Source of the DNA: an uncultured Actinomycetota bacterium
Lineage (GTDB): Bacteria > Actinomycetota > Actinomycetes > Propionibacteriales > Nocardioidaceae
Length of the DNA: 64,000 nucleotides
Assembly: GCA_963701425.1 (NCBI GenBank)
Contig: CAVPAG010000015.1
Location: 171,621 to 235,620, forward strand
Reading direction: 5' to 3'
The translations under genes were made by a program, and so were the position numbers. The first letter of the stretch is position 1. Every line of letters starts with the position of its first letter. Under the pieces are notes generated by a model. The model did not search any database, was not told the DNA's origin, and saw only the letters and a program-made list of their open reading frames with translations. Shown here piece by piece: positions 57,995 through 64,000 of this stretch.

Positions 57995-58525
57995 TCAGTA
58001 GCTCCCCGCGACGAAGTCCTGCGTGTCGTCGCACTTCAGCCGCTGCGGAGTCGGAGGCACGTTCTCGATCCGCCCGGTCGCGGTCTGGGTGACCGTGCCG
58101 TCATTGGGGAGCGGGAGGAACGGCATGTCGAGGTCGAGGGACTGGAACGTCACGGTGACGGTGACCAGCGAACCGACCACCGGCGCCGGCTGCGTCGCGT
58201 CACCCTCCGAGTGGTACCGCCGGGTCACCTCGGGCGGCGTCGACCCCACGGCCGGGCTCTGTGCGTGGAGCACCGCGTCCGCCCGGGCGCAGTCCCAGTC
58301 GGTGCCCACGATCAGCCGCCGGGCCGCCTCCCGCGCCGTGGCAGCGGCTGTGTGGAGCGACCAGAAGTGGTAGCCGTACTGGATGATGCCGAAGATCACG
58401 AGCAGCACCACCGGGAGGACCAGGCCGAACTCGAGCGCCGCCGCACCCGACTCACCCCGGCTGCGCGCGATGTGACGGGCGAGGTTGCGCGCCAGGCGCC
58501 GACCGAGATGACGGGGAAGGCGCAT
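57995..58525 (-). CDS. TadE-like pseudopilin (Flp pilus assembly family)
   Basis: From ATG 58525: ...RGESGAAALEFGLVLPVVLLVIFGIIQYGYHFW (TadE N-terminal motif). ATGA overlap with the upstream gene. Confidence 0.8.
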   Translation of the reverse strand: MRLPRHLGRRLARNLARHIARSRGESGAAALEFGLVLPVVLLVIFGIIQYGYHFWSLHTAAATAREAARRLIVGTDWDCARADAVLHAQSPAVGSTPPEVTRRYHSEGDATQPAPVVGSLVTVTVTFQSLDLDMPFLPLPNDGTVTQTATGRIENVPPTPQRLKCDDTQDFVAGSY

Positions 58526-60486
58526 CACTTCACCAGCTTCACGATTCTCGGCCCGACACCGATGTAGTCGGTGGTAGGCCCGCTGTAGTCGTCGGACACG
58601 GGAGGTAGCGACCGCGGCTCGATCGTCATGAACCGCATGCCCCGGAGGGTCTGTCCGTCCTCGCTCATCAGCAGGCCGTGCTGCACGTCTGTCTCGGCGA
58701 GACCGAGGGACGCGAGCAGAGCGCTGGACTCGTCCCAGAGCATGTCGTAGGTGTCCCAACCGGTCGGGGCGTCCTGGGTGATGAAGATCGGCCGGAACGT
58801 CAGGATCGGGTAGTCACCCCCCGAGGTGGGCGTGAGCGGGGCGCTCATCACGGGAACCCACATGAACCGGTGTGAGCTGTAGAGCTCCTCCCGCAGGGCG
58901 TTCTCGGGGGTCAGGAACGGCAGCCCGTTCGTGATGTAGGTACTCAGGCCGAAGAAGAGCCTGTCGCGCAGGAGGGTCTGGTCGACCACGAAGTCGTCGA
59001 AGTCGTCGTCGTTGATCGAGACCCCGCGGACCGTCGCGCTCGGGCCGGTGCAGGGTCGGGCGGCCGAGCAGACCAGCCTGCCCGCCGTACCCCCGCCGTC
59101 GGCCTTCAAGATGCCCTCGGTGAACGACGTGCTCACCCAGGCGTCGTCGCCCTGGAGCCGCACGCAGTTCGCAGTGCCGGACGGGTTGGGTAGGTCGAGC
59201 ACGTGAGGCGGCCCCGCCGCGCAGGCGAAGGCGCTCGCGGGGTCGGAGGCCAGGGCGACGGCGTCATCGGGCGTCAGCTCGGGGGCGGTGACGGTGAGCA
59301 GGTTCGGGTGTTGGACGAGCTCGTGGTCGAGGCCCTCCTGCAGGTTCCGCTCCAGCGCCCGGGCCGTGTCGGGCTCGTCCGCGCGCGGGCTGTTCAGGAG
59401 GCGGGCACAGCCCAGCGCCTCGGTGGCGCCGGCGGGCATCGTGACGTCGAGCGGCATCGGGTCGGACCAGTACGGCCCGGCCAGTGCGCGGTTCACTCCG
59501 ACCTTGACCTCCCAGGTGCCCGGGTTCTGCATGACGACGTCGGGGAGAACCCCGGTCACCGCAGCGGTGCCCGTGAGGATGTCGAGGGTCGGGACCTGCA
59601 GGGAGGCCGCGGGCACAGGTGCAGTGGTGTCAGGGCCCTTGTGGAAGACGACCTGGGCGCTGAGCAGGTCACCCCAGTTCGAGCCGGTCAGGGTGAAGGT
59701 CGCCGGAACGGGACCGGAGACCACCGGGTCGGGCACGGTGTTCACCGACGACAGCGTCGGCTGGTCCGCAACCGTGGCGGTGACGTGGCTGATCGGCCAC
59801 ACGGTCGCGGCCGGGGCAGCCGCCGGGGTGAGCGGTCCGGGAGTGACGTAGTTGATGGGCAGGATCGCCGAGGCAGGGTCCCCCGCCGCCGGCACGTTGC
59901 CCACCGCGCTGAGAGCACAGGGCAGCGAGAGCCCGATCGGCAGCATGCCGCCCGGTGACCTGGCCTGGGCGATCGCCATCTTGCGCTGGGTGCTCCCGTC
60001 GACCCCGGCGACCTTGCCGAACCCGTAGTCGATGCGTGCCTGGGGCGTGACGACCTTGACCTGGGTGGCCTTGGGGAAGGAGACGGAGCCGTTGTCGAGG
60101 AGCGTCTGGGCGTAGGCCAGCACGGAGGTCGAGTTCGGTGAGGTGCCGTCGGGGCACTCGGGGATGTCGGGGTTGAGCTGGCGCTGGCCGGGGAGCGTGT
60201 GGCAGGCGATGTAGTAGGCGACGTACTTGGCCGCCTTCTTCTGCGACTCGGCGTCGACGGCGGGCAGGCTCTGAGCCGCGAGGAGCGCTGCCTTGTCGGC
60301 CTGGATCTGGAGCTGTCCACGGCGTGCCCAGGTGCTGCCGAGGTCCACCACGAAAGCCGAGATGAGGATCAGCACCACGGCGACGAGTGCGGAGATCACG
60401 GCGATGGCGCCGTCCTCGCCGCGGCGGTGGCGCTGGAGGAGAGGCGGCCCCCACCGTCTCGCCGCGAGGATCGCCAGCAGGATCAC
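58525..60486 (-). CDS. Large TadG-like / Tad_N-domain pilus-assembly protein (653 aa)
   Basis: The N-terminus RGEDGAIAVISALVAVVLILISAFVVDLGSTWARRGQLQIQADKAALLAAQ matches the TadE/G-like N-terminal domain. The rest is unassigned. GTGA overlap upstream. Confidence 0.75.
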   Translation of the reverse strand: MILLAILAARRWGPPLLQRHRRGEDGAIAVISALVAVVLILISAFVVDLGSTWARRGQLQIQADKAALLAAQSLPAVDAESQKKAAKYVAYYIACHTLPGQRQLNPDIPECPDGTSPNSTSVLAYAQTLLDNGSVSFPKATQVKVVTPQARIDYGFGKVAGVDGSTQRKMAIAQARSPGGMLPIGLSLPCALSAVGNVPAAGDPASAILPINYVTPGPLTPAAAPAATVWPISHVTATVADQPTLSSVNTVPDPVVSGPVPATFTLTGSNWGDLLSAQVVFHKGPDTTAPVPAASLQVPTLDILTGTAAVTGVLPDVVMQNPGTWEVKVGVNRALAGPYWSDPMPLDVTMPAGATEALGCARLLNSPRADEPDTARALERNLQEGLDHELVQHPNLLTVTAPELTPDDAVALASDPASAFACAAGPPHVLDLPNPSGTANCVRLQGDDAWVSTSFTEGILKADGGGTAGRLVCSAARPCTGPSATVRGVSINDDDFDDFVVDQTLLRDRLFFGLSTYITNGLPFLTPENALREELYSSHRFMWVPVMSAPLTPTSGGDYPILTFRPIFITQDAPTGWDTYDMLWDESSALLASLGLAETDVQHGLLMSEDGQTLRGMRFMTIEPRSLPPVSDDYSGPTTDYIGVGPRIVKLVK

Positions 60487-60923
60487 AGACAGCTCTCCGT
60501 CGAGACGCTGACGCTTTCGAGCTTGCTCGTGGCCTCGGCAACGAGCGCACTGTCACCGCCGTCGAGCGCGGGAAGCGTCACCGAGACGTCGACGACGGCG
60601 CCCACCGTGGGCATGGTCTCGACGACCTTGACGGCCACGGCTTCGGCCCCTATCGAGGTGTTTGCCGCCGCCGCGTTGCTGACGACCGTGGTCTTCACGC
60701 GGCTGACGAGCTCGTCGCAGGTGAAGGTGCCGACGATGTCGGAGGACGTGAGGCGTGGTTCGTACGGGGGGTGTTTCTGCGCGTGCCACAGGCGCTCACC
60801 CAGGGTGAGCACGCCGACCAGGATCGGGATCATGACGAACGAGATGACGAGGGCTGCCTCGACGACAGCGGCGCCGCGCTGGTCACGGTACCTGCGCTTG
60901 CGCACGGGGGTGCTGCTGCTCAA
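60483..60923 (-). CDS. TadE-like pseudopilin
   Basis: TTG 60923 lies 5 nt after GGGAGGAG. ...RDQRGAAVVEAALVISFVMIPILVGVLTLGERLW. Confidence 0.78.
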   Translation of the reverse strand: MSSSTPVRKRRYRDQRGAAVVEAALVISFVMIPILVGVLTLGERLWHAQKHPPYEPRLTSSDIVGTFTCDELVSRVKTTVVSNAAAANTSIGAEAVAVKVVETMPTVGAVVDVSVTLPALDGGDSALVAEATSKLESVSVSTESCL

Positions 60924-60952
60924 GTCGTCTCCTCCCAAAGACGGACTCAGAA

Positions 60953-60974
60953 CCGGTCCCCTCCCAAGGACCGG
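60953..60974 (-). terminator. Hairpin CCGGTCC-N8-GGACCGG followed by a U-rich tract on the minus strand, downstream of the DUF2469 gene
   Basis: The minus-strand RNA would read ...GCCGGUCCUUGGGAGGGGACCGGUUCUGAGUCCGUCUUU. It separates the trmD...DUF2469 operon from the Tad genes. Confidence 0.5.
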
Positions 60975-61123
60975 CCAGCAGAAGCCCCCGACTCACTGCT
61001 GTGGAACGAGACGCGCCAGCCCGAGATCGGCCTGCGTCTCCTGCTCGGGACTTTCGGTAGTCCGAACGAGCATCGGAGAAGGTACCCGGCTCACATGTGC
61101 CGGAAACCACACAAAAGTAAAGA

Positions 61124-61432
61124 TCAGCCCTTGGGCAGCTCGAGGTCGGACTGACTGAGCTCTTCCACGTTCACGTCCTTGAACGTGAGGACCTTGACGT
61201 TCTTTGCGAACCGCGCTGGTCTGTACATGTCCCACACCCAGGCGTCGGTCATCGAGACCTCGAAGAAGACGTCGCCGGCCTCGGTCCGCGCCTTCACCTC
61301 GACCTGGTTGCACAGGTAGAAGCGCCGGTCGGTCTCGACGACGTACTTGAAGATGCCCACCACGTCGCGGTACTCGCGGTAGAGCTGGAGCTCCATCTCG
61401 GTCTCGTACTTCTCGAGATCCTCGGCGCTCAT
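61124..61432 (-). CDS. DUF2469 domain protein
   Basis: MSAEDLEKYETEMELQLYREYRDVVGIFKYVVETDRRFYLCN... is the conserved actinobacterial protein found downstream of rnhB. 4-nt overlap with rnhB. Confidence 0.9.
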   Translation of the reverse strand: MSAEDLEKYETEMELQLYREYRDVVGIFKYVVETDRRFYLCNQVEVKARTEAGDVFFEVSMTDAWVWDMYRPARFAKNVKVLTFKDVNVEELSQSDLELPKG

Positions 61433-62142
61433 CGTGCATCCTCCGCTTCCAGGACCGGCATGGGGGCGGTCTCCTCGTGCTCATTGTCGCCGAGCCCCTC
61501 GGCTCGCCGCACGTTGACGAACCGGCGTCGGTGGACCGGGCACGGTCCGTGCTCGGCGAGGGCCGCGGTGTGGCTGGGCGTTATGTACCCCTTGTGCGTG
61601 ACGAAGTCGTACTTCGGATAGGTCTCGTGGAGCTCGTTCATCATGCGGTCGCGGGTCACCTTGGCGATCACCGAGGCTGCGGCGATGCACGCTGCGACCC
61701 GGTCACCCTTCCACACGGCAAGGCCGGGCACCTCGAGTCCGTCCACGGGGAAGCCGTCGGTGAGGACGTACGACGGGCGCACGTCGAGCCGTGCGAGGGC
61801 CCGACGCAACGCCTCGACGTTGGCGACGTGCATGCCGATCCGGTCGCACTCCTCGGGCTCGATCACCACCACCGACCAGGCGAGAGCCCGGCGCACGACC
61901 TGGTCGTAGCAGCGCTCACGCGCCAGCGGGGTGAGCAGCTTGGAGTCCGCGAGGCCCGGGACCTCGCCCCTGCGGCCCTCGGGCAGGATCACCGCCGCGG
62001 CCACGAGGGGCCCGGCGCAGGCGCCCCGACCCGCCTCGTCCACCCCCGCGATGGGGTCGAGCCCGGCACGCCGCAACGCGCGCTCGTAGCCGTAGAGGCC
62101 TGCGTCGCGGCGGATGGTGAGGCCACGAGGCAGAACGGTCAT
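61429..62142 (-). CDS. rnhB: Ribonuclease HII
   Basis: GVDEAGRGACAGPLVAAAV...DSKLLT...ASVIAKVTRD...GYITPSH motifs. Confidence 0.94.
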   Translation of the reverse strand: MTVLPRGLTIRRDAGLYGYERALRRAGLDPIAGVDEAGRGACAGPLVAAAVILPEGRRGEVPGLADSKLLTPLARERCYDQVVRRALAWSVVVIEPEECDRIGMHVANVEALRRALARLDVRPSYVLTDGFPVDGLEVPGLAVWKGDRVAACIAAASVIAKVTRDRMMNELHETYPKYDFVTHKGYITPSHTAALAEHGPCPVHRRRFVNVRRAEGLGDNEHEETAPMPVLEAEDAR

Positions 62143-62936
62143 GGCGCAGCGCCCACCGTCTCGAAGGTTTCGGGACGCTCGACCATCGTGGCGTGGTCCC
62201 AGGGCCAGACGACCATGAACACCTTGCCCACCACGTCGTCGACCGGGATGAAGCCGCCCCCGGGGTCACCGAGGTGCACGCGGGAGTCGGCGGAGTTGGA
62301 CCGGTTGTCGCCCTGCACCCACAGGTAACCCTCGGCGACCTTCACGTCGAACTCGATGAGCGAGGGCTTCTCTCCCTCGGCGAGGTAGGACTGCTCGTGC
62401 AACGGCACGCCGTTCACGGTGATCCGCCCCTCCTTGTCACAGCACACGACCCGGTCACCACCGACCCCGATGACCCGCTTCACCAAGTGTCCACCGGTCG
62501 GAAAGAGGCCGAACATCTCCAGGCCGCGCGCGACCGGGCTGTCCGCGGTGCGCACCTCCCCGGGCCCGAGCCAGCCGCCAGGGTCGGAGAAGACGACGAT
62601 GTCGCCGCGCTCGGGCTCACCCGACCAGTAGGAGACCTTCTGGACGAGGATCCGGTCGTCGAGGACCAGGGTGTCGTTCATGGAGCCGGAGGGGATGTAG
62701 AAGGCCTGCATGAAGAGGGCCTTGATCACGACCGCGAGCACGAGAGCCATGCCGAGCAGGACGAGCATCTCCTGCCAGATCGGAAGCTGCCGCCGCTCCT
62801 TGGCCCGGCGCGCCGCACGCGAGGAGGTGTCCGCGGACCCTGGCTCCGTCCCGGCAGGCGGGGTGGCCTGGGAAGCAGAAGACCGCGACCCTGTCTCGGG
62901 ATCGCGGTCCACGTGCTGCGGCGCGTTGTCGGTCAC
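62139..62936 (-). CDS. lepB: Signal peptidase I
   Basis: Catalytic Ser box IPSGSMNDTL, Lys box ...VKRVIGVGGDRV, and GDNRSNSADSR. Confidence 0.94.
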   Translation of the reverse strand: MTDNAPQHVDRDPETGSRSSASQATPPAGTEPGSADTSSRAARRAKERRQLPIWQEMLVLLGMALVLAVVIKALFMQAFYIPSGSMNDTLVLDDRILVQKVSYWSGEPERGDIVVFSDPGGWLGPGEVRTADSPVARGLEMFGLFPTGGHLVKRVIGVGGDRVVCCDKEGRITVNGVPLHEQSYLAEGEKPSLIEFDVKVAEGYLWVQGDNRSNSADSRVHLGDPGGGFIPVDDVVGKVFMVVWPWDHATMVERPETFETVGAAP

Positions 62937-62960
62937 GCAGTGAGCCTAGCCAACGATGCG

Positions 62961-63323
62961 TCAGCTGGCGGGCGTCGCCTCGCGCTTCTCCTTGATCTTG
63001 GCGGCCTTGCCGCGGAGGTTGCGCAGGTAGTACAGCTTGGCGCGGCGGACGTCACCGCGGGTCACGACCTCGATCTTGTCGAAGATCGGGGAGTGCAGCG
63101 GGAAGGTGCGCTCGACGCCGACACCGAAGGAGACCTTGCGGACGGTGAAGGTCCGGCCGACGCCCGAGCCCTGAACGCGGATGCACACGCCCTGGAAGAC
63201 CTGGATACGCGAGCGGTTGCCCTCGACGACCTTGACGTGGACCTTGAGGGTGTCACCGGCCCGGAAGGCGGGGATGTCGTCGCGCTTCACGGAAGCTGCG
63301 AGCGTGTCGATGGCGTTGGTCAT
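62961..63323 (-). CDS. rplS: 50S ribosomal protein L19
   Basis: From ATG 63323 (GAGGAG SD): [46 protein letters not shown].... Confidence 0.96.
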   Translation of the reverse strand: MTNAIDTLAASVKRDDIPAFRAGDTLKVHVKVVEGNRSRIQVFQGVCIRVQGSGVGRTFTVRKVSFGVGVERTFPLHSPIFDKIEVVTRGDVRRAKLYYLRNLRGKAAKIKEKREATPAS

Positions 63324-63518
63324 GATGTCTCCTCGTCGGCGCCACAGGTCACCCACGGTGCTGGTCTTGCGGGATCGTTGTCGAGTCCTCCCCACAACCT
63401 CATGGGGTCATCACACGGTTCGCCCCCTGTGGCAGGTGGACCGCCGGCTCATGTGCGCTCTGGAGGGCGCACGAGCAGCCGTGATGCTCAGGACCGAGGG
63501 TCAAGTCTGCCACAGCGC

Positions 63519-64000
63519 TCACTCTCCGGCGAAATCGGAGAGCACCTCCCGGTCCCGCTCACTCAGCGCCTCCCCGGGGAGCCTCTCGACCAGGTCGGGC
63601 CGACGCTCCGCCGTACGCCGGAGGGCCTGGTCGCGTCGCCACCGGGCGATCTGGGCGTGATGGCCGCTGAACAGCACCTCGGGGACGTCGAGGCCGCGCC
63701 AGCTCGGGGGCTTGGTGTAGACGGGGTACTCCAGGAGCCCTTCGCCGCCGTGGGACTCCTCGGACAGCGACTCCGGGTTGCCCATGAACCCCGGCAGCAG
63801 GCGTACGACGGCCTCCACCACCACCAGAGCGGCGACCTCGCCCCCGTTGAGCACGTAGTCCCCGATGGACACCTCGCGGACCCGCATCCTGGTGCGGTAG
63901 TGGTCCATCACCCGCTGGTCGATCCCCTCGTAGCGGCCACAGGCGAAGACCAGCCACTCCTCGCTGCTGAGCTCCTCGGCCATCGGCTGGGTGAGCCGCT
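63519..64000 (-). CDS. trmD: tRNA (guanine37-N1)-methyltransferase, C-terminal part (gene runs off the right edge)
   Basis: ...[15 protein letters not shown]...[32 protein letters not shown]...YPVYTKP....[11 protein letters not shown]. Confidence 0.93.
   Translation of the reverse strand, partial: RLTQPMAEELSSEEWLVFACGRYEGIDQRVMDHYRTRMRVREVSIGDYVLNGGEVAALVVVEAVVRLLPGFMGNPESLSEESHGGEGLLEYPVYTKPPSWRGLDVPEVLFSGHHAQIARWRRDQALRRTAERRPDLVERLPGEALSERDREVLSDFAGE

Noticed and set aside
61027-61107. A 26-codon minus-strand ORF (MLVRTTESPEQETQADLGLARLVPQQ) upstream of the Tad genes, considered as a missing Flp pilin.
   Set aside because: It has no hydrophobic Flp core and no G/(A,E)xxxEY-type processing motif. 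It is too short and too polar, and its codon bias is weak.

Overview
This is a very GC-rich actinobacterial chromosomal segment. Gene content resembles Nocardioides/Propionibacteriales-type genomes, but the taxon is inference only. I found no rRNA, tRNA, CRISPR array, transposase or prophage. The backbone is the conserved actinobacterial housekeeping array, almost all on the minus strand: proS, GNAT-ispG-rip1-dxr, rlmN, cdsA-frr-pyrH-tsf-rpsB, a divergent M23 peptidase, xerC, dprA-comM-yraN, and DUF2469-rnhB-lepB-rplS-trmD. Many neighbours are joined by 4-nt ATGA/GTGA overlaps. Between dxr (7.2 kb) and rlmN (43 kb) lies a roughly 36-kb variable segment. It holds a large amine/polyamine uptake and catabolism cluster: two class-III aminotransferases, a saccharopine-dehydrogenase-family enzyme, a frameshifted aldehyde dehydrogenase, patatin, an amidohydrolase, a PotABCD-type ABC importer, two FAD oxidoreductases and an Lrp regulator. 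It also holds AgcS, CstA-YbdD, PrpE, a RIO kinase, a LigD-like phosphoesterase-polymerase protein without a ligase domain, a LOG-like protein, a flavin monooxygenase with a SemiSWEET-like protein, a LuxR regulator, a methyltransferase, a Tat-exported metallophosphoesterase, and a DUF429 nuclease-fold gene overlapping a RelA/SpoT-domain alarmone synthetase gene. An alkB-rubredoxin-tetR module sits between rlmN and cdsA. An orphan TadE/TadG/TadE pseudopilin operon sits between yraN and the DUF2469 gene, next to the competence-type genes dprA and comM. The main observations are listed here.
- The DUF429/RelA-SpoT-domain (RSD) pair.
- The Tad pseudopilin insertion beside the DNA-uptake genes.
- Four loci where the coding signal jumps reading frame: the aldehyde dehydrogenase (ALDH), a pentapeptide-repeat tail of rpsB, the M23 peptidase, and a 730-bp apparently decayed gene between xerC and dprA.
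- A 50-bp near-perfect palindrome plus a 16-bp palindrome sharing a TCCACGTGGA core.
I did not identify a clear-cut known defence system. All function calls come from motif recognition by eye, since no searches were run.
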